The notes beneath the pieces were generated by a model. It ran no database searches. It was not told where the DNA came from and saw only the letters and a program-made list of their open reading frames with translations. From assembly GCA_003344405.1 (NCBI GenBank), contig NOWV01000185.1, positions 1-64,000 on the forward strand: a DNA stretch of 64,000 bases, written 5' to 3'. Shown here in pieces: positions 1-12,868 of the stretch (the first letter of the stretch is position 1; each line of letters begins with the position of its first letter). The translations under genes and the position numbers were made by a program. The DNA comes from Trichoplax sp. H2 (taxonomy: Eukaryota).

Positions 1-40
1 ATATGAAACCTAATCTGTTCTTATTAATACGTCTTCTTAG

Positions 41-125
41 GGGTCTTGCTTTATACTACAAAGACAACGGTGTATGGAAGATCTACGCTGATTCAGCTAA
101 TTCCAATGCTGCTTCAGCTTCCTAA
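41..125 (+). CDS. Possible terminal coding exon of a gene that begins upstream of the window (product unknown)
   Basis: Acceptor ttcttag at 34-40, then an open frame GLALYYKDNGVWKIYADSANSNAASAS ending at TAA 123-125, followed by AT-rich UTR-like sequence. No family recognised. Confidence 0.3.
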
Positions 126-758
126 ACGTAGCTGTAGTATCATTGATTATTTATACTTATTGTGTAGTGATTCGTACTTATTGGTGTTAGTTGTAATGTC
201 TTATCGTCGATGCTATGTTACCTGCTACATTTTTGGTGTAGCTAGTAATTGCTGTAGACGTAACTAAAAGATTAGCTTTTGGAAACTTTTAGCAACTCTT
301 GAAATAAAGCAATTGAAATGTATCCTATTGTAGTAACAAATATTGCCTGTGCTCTTTTGATTATATTATTAGGAAATACTCCACAAAATTTAACTAGACC
401 TATTTTACCTGATAAAAATAGATTTAATATCGGTGACTAAAGTGAATCATATCAGTTTTCATGTCATGAGTATTTCATGAATACTAGTAATAAACTTAGG
501 TTTTATCAATAATTGATATTAGTTTAAAAGGATAGTAGTAGTAGTACAAAGAACATTTTATGAAAAAACATAAATCTTAATTTTGTGACTTAGTATAATT
601 CACTAAAGAATTGATAAACTAGTACAATTAATATTTTAAGTCAAGCGACAAAATATGCAAACATAAGAAATTCAACGATAATTTCTTTAGTTAATATCCA
701 ACTAGGGTATACTTGAATAATTTTTATAAGGTTAAAAAACAGATTTAGCTGTATTCTG

Positions 759-3700
759 TTAGTTATAGCGGGTAAAGGTGACATTGAAAGTTCGAATCTG
801 CATAGCTTTTAGATCGATGTTTAGATTTTCAGCTATCACTTTTTCCAAATTTAGCTTATCTATGTAAGATAAAATTTTATGGAATTTCAGAATTCATAAA
901 CTACCAAACATGAAGACCAATAAATTATACTTTAGCAAGATTTATTGTTTAATGGTAAATCAAACCTGAACTTGTGTCATGTGTTTTCCATTGAAGCGGT
1001 TTTAATTGGCCTATTTCAGCATTAGCTGACAGAGTCACTTCAGAAATACTAGTTATATTGAAAGATTTGAACAAATTCTGTTGAAGAAAGATAGAAAATT
1101 AAGTTAAGCTTATGAATGTCACACACTTCTTGTATTGGGCTTGATTTTATTATAAAAGATGTTTACTACAATTAATATTTTTTATGTGCCTGACCTTTAA
1201 TGACACAGTAACTGGCTTAGACAATTTGCTGTCTTCTTTAACAGCAAATTGATGTTCCAACCGCAATAGTATATTATTATCAAATCTTTGCAATGTTAAT
1301 AAGTGGACATTTTCGGGTAAACCTTTCGTAATGGCTGACATCTAAATTGATAGTTATTAAAATTCAGCAAGCACTACGGAGTCGGATATTTAGATTATTA
1401 TTAGCATGATTGCACCGTCTAAAATGGATAAATTACCTGAGCGTTAGAATTGCTCATCCAGCTTTGTAAACTGCTATAGGAATTTGAGAAAGATACATAA
1501 GGCCTTAATAGCAGCGCTTCTCCCTGTTCTCGGTGAAGTTTAGCAGAGTCTGATGGTGGGGCCAACGTAAGATAGTGAACTCCTCGAATGATTAAACCTT
1601 TACCGGTAACACCCTTTTCGTTAAGTGGCTCTCCTACGCCACGTGCATCATCATAAAGTAATCTTCTATGAACCTTTATTACAGTGCAAGATTTTTTCAG
1701 TATCAAAAACCTATTGGTTGTAAAGTTAGCTGGATCATACTTACCATTAATTCCATTTGTCCATCTTTCAAACTTGCGCCACCCTGTGACCTGTCCGTCA
1801 AAACAGTCAACTGCATAGAATTATCCTTTATGTACATTCTGCTATTAACTGGATAATAATTTTGAGAGGCTGGCTCAGTGGATCTTAATTTCCAAGTAGG
1901 GCGATAGTTTCGTTTTCTCTTTTGCATTTCTCTTCCGTTTGCGTCGGTATAATACAATCCGGCACTCTTGATTTGACTTGTGAATCTGCTGATAATCTCC
2001 TTACCTAATCGGTCCCTACACGTAGATAGAGTAAGATTGATAAAAGCGTGTTTTAATATGATAATATCATCAAATTTTGTAAGCGAGAGCAATTGATCTT
2101 TTTGATATACCCAATTGGGATAGAGCCAACGGTGTATTCAAATTCGGCAAATTTCCAGTTTTCTTGTAAACGGACAACCTGAGTTACCCATGGAGAAAAT
2201 TTTTGATGCACTTCTTGGATTACTGACCCTTTCTAATAATAGACAAAAACATTGATGAGCTAGTAGACGATTGTAAACCCTATAAAACTAGCTTATTACC
2301 GTAATCTGGGTTATTTCAACTTTGTCACTGGATGCAATAGGTATTGGGTCCATTACCGCAGGTCGAAATATGTAAGCGCCAGATGCTTGACTACTCTCGT
2401 CGTTGCCTTTACTTGCGTTATACCACAAAAAGTCTTGATCGACATCCATAGTCTTTGATTGTTTTCCAATTTTAGTCGTAATAGATTTTAAACGTCCGGT
2501 GGCATTCGAGAAGGTGAGTTTTAGGTACTAATATATGAAAACAAAGATATAGTCAATTAATTTTGCTTTATTTTCCATGATAGTATCGTTAGAATGATAA
2601 TAAAAGTATAGAAATGTGTGCAGTTATCATTACAAGCTATGATATTAATTTGAATTTACCTTATTCTCCATGACAATATCTTTGTTTGACAGATCAAATT
2701 TAATAGTTTTCGCGAGTTCGGCGGAACTGTAAAATGATGGAGACTTGATAGTTTTTACGTAAAATTCGCTATAGCCAAGAGCGGGTAAAGTTGCCTCGAA
2801 GACCAAGGTATATGGAGCTTGTCCGGGATATTGCATTTGTGATTTGTAATGCATATTCTTATTAACCTTTGAAGATTAAAAACAAGGATAAGCGATATTC
2901 ATTGGCAATATAGAAAATGCTCTTGCTGAAACGAGTTAATATAGAAGTCTGCAGTTAACCTGGGCGTGAATTGGCTTTCCGTTAGGTCCAATAACAGTTA
3001 CATGAGATGCCGAAATAGGTAAATAGATAGTACTACTCATAGATCTTGCTATAGGATTGTAAACATTAATCGTAAATGATTTCGATTTTTGAGTTATAGA
3101 GCAGATACTGATATTGCGATAATCACAATAGACATAAGTAGCAGCCTTGTTAGAACTTGATTTCTTGGCTAAGTTGCCAATGGCATCACTAATAACGTTC
3201 TAAAATTTAAAATAGTTTGCAATAATAACATTTAATTTCAAGTTTCCAAGAAGAAAAAAACATTAAGTGAAAATCCCACTTCGATCGATATGACTGATTT
3301 GCTTACTTTACATTCCTTACGACCATCCGCTAATCTCGATGCATAGTCAAAATCAACCAATTGTTTAGCAGTACCAGTAACAGAATCATGATGCTGTGCT
3401 ACTCCCATAGCTCTAGTAAGTGCTTCAGATGATGAGTTACCCGTCGACTTTGATATGACTTCTAGTTGCTTGCAAACCTTTAAATAACGGAAGCAAAACA
3501 TACTTTGTTAGTATAATATTCTTAATCTAAAATGAATTGAAGACTTTATTCAATGTTATTTTGTTAATCTACTTTATTAAGTATGCAAACCTGTAGAATG
3601 CTGTTAGAATCTCTAACATAGCCTTTATAACCTGGTCTACTGGTAAAATATCCAGTCCAATAGCAATGATTACAATCAGAATATGGGAAAAAATCGTCGG

Positions 3701-6700
3701 TTTTAACTTGCCATGTTAGATTGGCAGCATGGACAGCTTTGAGATATACTGAAGGAGTTGAATAGAAGATATTGACGTTCTTATGAGTATTTTTGACATG
3801 TTTTATTAATTTGTCAAGATTTTTGAACCAATGTCGCGCATTTTCATAGTTAAAATCATTGCCCATCGTTATCATGATGTTGTTGGTTCGATAGCCGGAA
3901 GCTTGCATCATCACTAATTCCATGAAAGTCTTTACTCTTTCATCAGCATTGTATCCCCTTAGGTTTTTATCATCCTGTATTGGTGGATCATTACAACCTT
4001 GATCGAAACAGAATCCAGGGGGTGGGCTATACCGATTATACAAGACACCGGTAAATAATTGAGTTTTTTTACCCAAGCTTTGACTTGCACGCCAAATCAT
4101 CTCCATTTCTTTTTTGGATAATCTTGCACTTTTATCATCATGATCGATTCTACCTAAGAAAAATGCATTAAATCCCATCTGCCAAAGGATGGATGGGTTG
4201 ATCAACCGAAAATTAGTAATAGATTAGTGGTTATGTAGAAGATTAATTGAAGTGTGCTTGTACAATATAGATAGAGGTCTTTGCTTTTCGATTTCGGTGC
4301 TAACAATTATTTATAATATTTATAGTATCGATACATACAGGATGATAGCATGATCGATACCTACAGGTATAATATAAAGCGAGTAATTGCTATACCGTAG
4401 GAAAGCATGATTAACATTTACAATAGAGTGATAAACTACGTAAACAATAACATTAAGTTGTAATTTATAGAGGCTTCCAACTTTATGCTAATTATTTATA
4501 GTGTTTTCTCTATCGATGTATAGCATCACAACATAATCAATACATATGTCTAGGGGTAACATAAGTAGCGTCTTTTCAATCATGAGCAGTCATTACAATC
4601 TTGAATGGCTCTTCCCCACATAATGTAGATTATATATGTGTTAACATATGCACGTAAAGCAATCATGTAGACAGAAATAGACGAATTGCAATATTCTTTA
4701 TTACATACACGTATATCTACCTGTGCAAATAAAGATGCCTGAGCAGCTGAATGGCCAAAAGGATCGATATGCCAAGCGATTGTAGGTCGTGCAGCATCAC
4801 CAAAAGTATCTCGAATAAATTTTAATCCTAGGGTCATTTGATCAATGATTGCATTATAATGCGTGGCAGCTTCATCATTCATGGACCAGCCTCCATTGAT
4901 AAATTCTAGACGACCTGATTATGCAATCATTTCCGATATTAGACGATTGCATCTACAGTTATACCGCAAACTAACAGTGATAAGTTGGATAGTAAACAAT
5001 ATCTATCTATCCGTTCTAACCAATACTACTGTATCCAAGTGATGAAATTCAATCTTCTACACTACAGTAAACAATATCTGTGCGTTCTAACCAGTACTAC
5101 AGTATGTAAGTGATGAAAAATTCAGTCTTATACACTACAGTAAACAATATCTTTCCGTTGTAACCAGAACTACCGTATCCAATTGATGAAAATTCGATCC
5201 TATACACTACAGTTAACAATATCTGTCCATTCTAATCAGTACTACTACTGCTACTGTATCCAAGTGATGAAAATTCAATCTTGTACACTACAGTAAACAA
5301 TATCTGACATTCTATTCAATACTATTACTGCTACTGCATCCAAGTGATGAAAATTCAATCTTATATACTACAGTAAACTATATCTGACATTCTAATCAGT
5401 GCTTTTACTGCTACCGCATGCAAGTGATGAAAATTCAATCTTATACACTACAGTAAACAATATCTGTCCATTCTAATCAGTACTACTGCATCCAAGTGAT
5501 GAAAATTCAATCTTATACACTACAATAAAACAATATCTGTCTATTCTAATCAGTACTACTGTATCCAAGTGATGAAAATTTAATCTTATACACTACAGTA
5601 AACGATATCTGTCCGTTGTAACCAGAACTACTGTATCCAATCGATGAAAATTCGATCCTATACACTACAGTAAACAATATCTGTCCATTCTAATCAGTAC
5701 TACTGCTGCTACTGCATCCAAGTGATGAAAATTCAATCTTATACACAACAGTAAACAATATCTGACATTCTAATCAGTACTACTACTGCTACTGCATCCA
5801 AGTGATGAAAATTCAATCTTATGTACTACAGTAAACGATATCTGTCCGTTGTAACCAGAACTACCGTATCCAGTTGATGAAAATTCGATCCTATACACTA
5901 CAGTAAACAATATCTGTCCATTCTAATCAGTACTACTGCATCCAAGTGATGAAAATTCAATCTTATACACTACAATAAAACAATATCTGTCTATTCTAAT
6001 CAGTACTGCTGTATCTAAGTGATGAAAATTCAATCTTATACACTACAGTAAACGATATCTGTCCGTTGTAACCAGAACTACCGTATCCCATTGATGAAAA
6101 TTCGATCCTATACACTACAGCAAACAATATCTGTTCATTCTAATCAGTACTACTGCATCCAAGTGATGGAAATTCAATCTTATACACAACAGTAAACAAT
6201 ATCTGACATTCTAATCAGTACTACTACTACTACTACATCCAAGTGATGAAAATTCAATCTTATATACTACAGTAAAGTCGTCCTCTGTCTGCCTTCAATT
6301 TGAACCAGATAAATGCACGCTATACCTTGTTTGACCAACATCTTGACATTTTCACGCGTTTTCTTATCTTGTTCACGCCACCATCTGGTAAAGAAAGCAA
6401 TTTCAACATAAATGAATTTCTTGGATGGATCAGCCATCAATTCTTGTACGACTGTATCTAGGATATACTGGACACCAGCATGAGCGACTTTATCCTTGGC
6501 TGAAATAAGATGATATGGAAGAACAAATTATGACAATAACCAGGATGAAAATGAACTACTTAAGTTGATGAATCAAAATGAAGTCAAACAAAACATTGGC
6601 TGTTGATTGCAATGGCCATTAGAAAGCCATCTACTCTACCTCCGTAGTAGTATTGATCAAGTGTTTTTAACCAACCAACATCGTTGTGAGTATGAGAGAC

Positions 6701-6832
6701 AAGATGGATATTTAGTTTGTTATTAGCATCAAATTTCCATTGCTTTTCTAGCTGATCGCATTGTACCAGGTTGAAACAAGCGAAAATCGCCATCCAACAA
6801 AGTACGCTTGCCAAGAATCTTTTACAAGCCAT
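759..6832 (-). CDS. MAN2B1: Lysosomal alpha-mannosidase (GH38), 14 exons
   Basis: In-frame GT-AG exons: 6640-6832, 6326-6499, 4721-4914, 3591-4178, 3307-3477, 2960-3199, 2660-2866, 2300-2527, 2111-2232, 1745-2015, 1437-1673, 1195-1341, 966-1077, 759-859. Signal peptide [27 protein letters not shown]38 motifs [71 protein letters not shown]-terminal MQIRTF. Confidence 0.96.
4991..6275. repeat. Intronic minisatellite, ~17-18 copies of a 72-81 bp unit, filling most of MAN2B1 intron 2 (4915-6325)
   Basis: Recurring unit agtaaacaatatctgtccattctaatcagtactactgcatccaagtgatgaaaattcaatcttatacactac; length varies through (tac/tgc)n slippage. Confidence 0.95.
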
Positions 6833-7244
6833 TTGCAATCAATACCAATCCAATAAACAACTAGGAGATCGCTCGTGAGCGAAGAAACGATAGCCTGGCC
6901 ACAAGATATGGATAAATATGTAATGGCTAGCAGGCTAACAGCAAGAATAAACGTTGAAGGAGGAGAATTGCGTTCGGCTCGATAGGTGAGAATTGTCAAT
7001 AGAAGAAGATTGCCCTTGCTCCCTTATATCGTATACCCATCGGTATTTTAACAGCGTTACTATAGAAATACAAAGTCAATAGAAGAAGTGAAGGTGTTGT
7101 TGAGCCCTTGGGTTGGGAAGGGGGGGGGGTGTCATAATAACGCGATGTTGCGCAAACAGTAGTCAATACAACAGTCAAATACTGTATTACAACGGCTACT
7201 AGCTGGTATTTGCTAGTATGTATGTCCTTCCGGTCATAATCTAC

Positions 7245-7253
7245 TCACGTGAC
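7245..7253. promoter_or_regulatory. CLEAR-like E-box TCACGTGAC ~410 bp upstream of the MAN2B1 ATG
   Basis: 9 of 10 positions of the TFEB CLEAR consensus GTCACGTGAC, in the putative promoter of a lysosomal hydrolase. Confidence 0.5.
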
Positions 7254-7300
7254 TAAGGTCGACCGTGATGATACAAAATGGCCAATAAATAGTGGTGATG

Positions 7301-8072
7301 GTCTGCTAGAATCCATGGCCAGGAGTGATGGAGAGTTGGATACTGTATGGAAATAACTTACTAAAGGGAGATATAGATCTGCTAGAATCCATGGCAAGGA
7401 GTGATGGAGAGTTGGATGGGAATAACTTACTGAAGGAAGATATAGATCTGCTAGAATTCATGGCAATGAGTGATGGAGAGTTGGATGGGAATAACTCACT
7501 GAAGGGAGATATAGATCTGCTAGAATCCATGGCAAGGAGTGATGGAGAGTTGGATGGGAATAACTTACTGAAGGAAGATATAGATCTGCTAGAATCCATG
7601 GCAATGAGTGATGGAGAGTTGGATGGGAATAAATCACTGAAGGGAGATATAGATCTGCTAGAATCCATATCGAGGAGTGATGGATACTTGGATGGGAATA
7701 ACTTACTGAAGGAAGATATAGATCTGCTAGAATCTATGGCAAGGAGTGATGGAGAGTTGGATGGGAATAACTTACTGAAGGGAGATATAGATCTGCTGGA
7801 ATCCATGGCAAGGAGTGATGGATAGTTGGATGGGAATAACTTACTGAAGGGAGATATAGATCTGCTAGAATCCATATCAAAGAATGATGGATAGCTGGAT
7901 GGAAATAACTTACTGAAGGGAGATATAGATCTGCTAGAATCCATATCAATGAATGATAGATAGTTGGATACTGTATGGGAATAACTTACTGAAGGGAGAT
8001 ATAGATCTGCTAGAATCCATATCAAAGAATGATGGATAGCTGGATGGAAATAACTTACTGAAGGGAGATATA
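7301..8072. repeat. Purine-rich minisatellite, ~11 copies of a 69 bp unit
   Basis: gatctgctagaatccatggcaaggagtgatggagagttggatgggaataacttactgaagggagatata recurs every 69 bp (7376, 7445, 7514 ... 7928); the first and last spacings are a few bases longer. It explains the repetitive ORFs on both strands. Confidence 0.96.
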
Positions 8073-9435
8073 GAAAGACAATCAATTGGGCTAGAGGCTC
8101 TGGATGTGTTAAAGGGATTGCTGATGACAGCATTTGAACGTTACAACTGGACTAAAATCACTGTCGTAAAGCAGTGAATGACTTGATAAAGACGAGAGAG
8201 CATATCATTTCGTGCAGAACAAGAAGTTATAGCTTGGTTGATGGATTGCATGGACTACTTTACCGATTACGATACCAACCAAGATTCATGGTTACTATAG
8301 TTAGTTAAACAGAATAAGTTCGAGTCGCAGTGAGCTTATAGTGTAGAAACTGTATCAATTAAGGAAGATGTCATTTCGTAACACCTAGTAAATATACTTG
8401 CACGATTTTATACTGCGCCATAAACTGTTGTAGGCTAATGTATAGAAATGACATAGAGAAACTTGATCGGCTACCGTATTGAAATGGCTTTTGTACTGAA
8501 TAAACAATTGCATCAGTTATTTTAAAGGCAAAAGAAGGCAATTGACAGTTTGTGTATGAAAATACAAATGGATCATTTCTCTTATTGAACCAGGATGGAA
8601 TGGACTATTTAAAAGGCTTCGATATTATTAAAATGATGACTAGGTCAACATAGATTATTGTGCGCAATGCTCTAGTATAATACAAACTGTTGATCACGAC
8701 ATACTTGTTTTAGTTTGTTATTATCTTGAACTCAGTGTTGTCGTAATTCGATTGCCTGTCTTGATATGGATCTGTTAGATTAATAAATTGTGTATTCCAT
8801 TGGACTCGAATTTTAAAATCAATATCCGCCTTGTTGACTACTGTACTAGGAGATGATGATCACTCCAGCATGGACTATCAAGATGCACTAGTTGGAAGGA
8901 TACGACGTCGATACAGTAAATTGAGCTCATGAATTGACGACGATTACCGTGCAGACTTTCCATACCATTCATAATAAATTTCTGTTATTTGATCGTGCAA
9001 TGGCAAACTGATAGGGGATGCTTTGTCATCAGTTTACTGTATATCACAATACAACCACTGCATACTCTAGACCGCAATGCCGGCTGTTGCTACAAGTTGG
9101 TACGCCATATTGTTCCTTCCTGCAACTTGCAGAATAGCCCAACACGATGGATCAACTGGTGTGTTGAGTCTGCAATAGTGATCCCTAAAATCGTATCGAC
9201 TCTATAGTCTAAGCAGATTCGAGTGTATTGGCAAGTGTTTTGAATCTTTAATAGACAAATAGGGATCGAAATATCATATCGGCCAGTAATTTGCCATAAT
9301 TTAGCTACGCTAATCCAATCTCCGAGCTGTAGACTTTCCGCTGGCTATGGCTAAGGTTGGCATGGTGAAATTTTACTGTGGCTTATTAAAGGCAGTAAAT
9401 TGAAAAGCCACATTGACGCACGCGCATTTGCATTA

Positions 9436-12193
9436 ATGTTCATCCGACGCCTTGTTTCTTCATCTCGCATTATCGGCTTGAAAACAGGTAAAAATGCAAA
9501 GGATTAATGGTGAAAATAACTTCATTTCTTACTTGAATCCATGATGATACAGTTATGCTTGTTGGAATTTGTTTTAAATGATTAAAATTGATGTTGTCAG
9601 TAGTCAAGAATACTTGCCAATCTATATTTACTCTTGTATTCTATCCTCATTAGGTCGCTTGCTATCTTCTACCTGTTACACATTTTCCACTCGATTGGCT
9701 ATGGCAAACTATCAAGCAGTCCAAGTTGGTCAAGAATACGACTTTAGCTATCGTGTCTATTTTCGTATGTATTATTATTATTATACATGATTCCTTGGAT
9801 GTGAACAGTTGTAATTCATCTGCCTCTTTATTTTTCGAAACGTATGATTAGGAAATCAAGATGGGCCTATTTCTCCATGGCATGATATTCCTTTATTTGC
9901 AAATGAAGAGGTAGGTTGGGATTGGGTACGGCAGTATCATGTCGCTACACGATAGATTATGAGTTAAATTATAAATCAGTGCTTGGGCATATTAAAATTC
10001 ACGATAGAATGGATTATATTGCTTTCCTACCTTAGCAAAGAGTTATCGTTGATGCTTAGCTAGTCGTAGCAATCGTGACAATCAACTGTTGACATGTTGT
10101 TCTTAATTAATTCTTTTAATACATAAAAATTCGGTAGGGTAGAATAAAAGATATGTTATAAATGAATGGTAATGTTGTATCAGTAGCAATAAATCTAATG
10201 TCTAAACATGACTTTGATATTTAACAGAAAACAATCCTAAATATGGTGGTGGAGATCCCACGATGGACCAATGCTAAGATGGAGGTAGGCTATCACCATT
10301 CTCCAATGGGTATCATCAAATTGGACGTTATCAGTCGCTCAGTATTGTAATCCAGATGTCTCCTAGTCATTTCCGACAATATCAATCCTAAATGCGTAAA
10401 ATAGTGACGTTGAATTAAAGTGTTTTATGCATGTGCCATGATGTTATAACGGTTGTTCTACACTGCAGAGTGCTAGTACTTGAGTGGGTGCTATATGTTT
10501 GGTGGTGTTATATTTCATAATAATAAGCGAAATGATGATGCCAACTAAACTAAACAATTATCACATGGTACTGATGATAGATTGCCACCAAAGATAAACT
10601 GAATCCTATCAAGCAAGACATTAAGAAAGGAAAATTAAGATTCGTTCACAACATATTTCCACATCATGGGTATATGTGGAATTATGGAGCGTTCCCTCAG
10701 GTCTTAATAAAGATCAAATTGTTATTATTACAATATTTTATAAAGGAGATCGTAATTTAGCTCAGTTACTTTTTATTCATTAATCTCTAACAATTTTGTT
10801 AGACATGGGAAGATCCAAATCATGTTGATGCAAATACCTCTTGTAAAGGTGACAATGATCCCTTGGATGTCTGTGAAATCGGCTATAAGGTGAGCATGTT
10901 TCATGAGAATTGTGAGTATTCAGTCTACGATATGAGGCTATATCGGAGTCAATTATCATCGTCTAATATTTGAAATTTTAAATAGGTGGGAAAGCGCGGA
11001 GAGATCAAACAGGTTAAAGTTCTAGGTGTAATGGCCATGATCGATGAAGGTATACTCAATACGTTTAAAAGGATAAACAATCGCCAAAAAATATTGTAAT
11101 GCTTCATTTTTTGAAATGAATATAGGTGAAACCGACTGGAAGATTCTCGCAATTGATGTCACCGATCCTCTTGCTGATAAAATCAATGGTTTGTAATGCC
11201 TCAATCAATTCTTGCTTATGAATGTACCCGCACTTTCTACGCAGTGTGGTCTCAGAATGAGTTATCATTTTTCTTGATAGACGTGCTTCAAATTGTTGAA
11301 ATATCTAATATATTCTTTTGCTATGATTAGATGTTGACGATATCCCAAAGTATATGCCAAACTTTCTTGAGGTTCGCGGTAATTTGTATCATTGCAATGT
11401 TGGCTTATTACAATTACACATAAACTCATAGTTCAGACGGACTTTAGTACGATTTTGGTTTATTGGATTCGACTACTACACTTATATAGTAACTGCCCCA
11501 TTTTCATTAACACTGAAATTTGGAATGTTTGTTTAGGCAACTCATAATTGGTTCCGTGATTATAAGATCCCGGCTGGCAAGCCACCCAATCAATTTGCTT
11601 TCTCTGGTGAAGCTAAAAATAAAGTAAGTTGATGTGTCTATTGAAGTAAAAGCCAACTAAAATTGATATGATAGCAACATGATAATGGAAAATACTGCGA
11701 ATACAAATGTATTGGATTTGTTGTTAATTTTAGCAATTTGCAATGGGAGTTATTCATGAAACTCACAATTATTGGCGTGATCTTGTTAATGGCGCATGCG
11801 ATGATGGTGGAATGAATCGGTAATATTATAATCGCATATGCAGCTATATAGTTATATCAGTATTATATAATATAGTATTTTTTATCATCATAGGGCTAAT
11901 ACAGCGACTACTAACAACAATCATAAGATATCGACGGATGAAGCTCAGAAAGAAATCGATGCTGTATGTTTCTCCAACTTAATGTATTTTAGTTTAAAAT
12001 TGATTAAAAGACTATCATATCATGCATTCATATTGATATCATCACTTCTTAAAATATAGCAACCGAGTTGCCAATCCCCTGCTTCTATTGATCAGTCAGG
12101 TAACGTTAATTTGATTGATTAGGTAAATATCATGGTTAAGTTAAATATGCATTTTTTTACGTTTTTTTAGTAAACCAATGGCAGTACGTTTAA
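9436..12193 (+). CDS. PPA: Family I inorganic pyrophosphatase (PPA1/PPA2-like), 14 exons, with an N-terminal mitochondrial presequence-like extension
   Basis: Exons 9436-9487, 9654-9764, 9852-9910, 10228-10284, 10581-10700, 10803-10889, 10986-11049, 11126-11188, 11331-11371, 11537-11623, 11734-11819, 11894-11963, 12060-12099, 12171-12193. Motifs [69 protein letters not shown]. Confidence 0.95.
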
Positions 12194-12868
12194 CTTGGCA
12201 AACTGTCATTCTGACATGTTCTATGTCGCATATTCTTTGAAAGTGAAGGCGATACATCCTCCTTCTTAGCTACAATTTCTGAGATTGCTTTAACTGTAAT
12301 ATCGTAAATAAATGATAATATGATCGATAATATACATTTCGTAATCGATAAAGAATTTCGATACAGCTTTGACTTCCAATGACAAATTCTAGAGTGCCGA
12401 TATTAGCTTTCATCGTGTTTATTTACTTTTTAGTAGAGAAAAATAAGAGATGTTTTTCGAAGTTGAAAAGTATAAGACAGAACATTTTCGGAGTGGATGA
12501 CCCTGAACTTCATTCATTTAGTTTACAAGAGTGTGTCAACAATCATGTACATTAACTAGTACTGTAGTAATATCTAGTCGATACCTTTTTAAAAATGAAA
12601 ATATACCTCAATTAAGGCTAGTAATAATACAGAATCGCCCTTACAGCCCAGTTAGAAGTTGCTATTCCATAAAATAGCAGGGTATAGGCATACTTTAATT
12701 AAATGAAATTTGACCAACTTATTATAAAGGGCCATGCAACCTCAAATGAAGCAACATTTGAACCCTTACGAATAAAATATATATTACAGTAGTTGTTAAA
12801 TAATTATAATGTAATAAATAAAAATTCGCGAACATTCACATTAAAAGAAAGTTTGGTTCGTAGTATAA

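Noticed and set aside
4991..8072. Tandem arrays as CRISPR loci
   Set aside because: Units are contiguous with no unique spacers, the context is eukaryotic, and there are no cas genes.
7306..8133. 275 aa and 166 aa repetitive ORFs as genes (LRR protein or neuropeptide precursor)
   Set aside because: They arise from a 69 bp unit; starts are non-ATG or lack a signal peptide, there are no dibasic or amidation sites, the LRR match is only partial, and later plus-strand copies have stops.
8210..9210. Exon-like fragments on the plus strand (e.g. EQEVIAWLMDCMDYFTDY, DDDHSSMDYQDALVGRIRRRY)
   Set aside because: I could not join them into a stop-free spliced frame or recognise a family. A decayed gene is possible but unsupported without a homology search.
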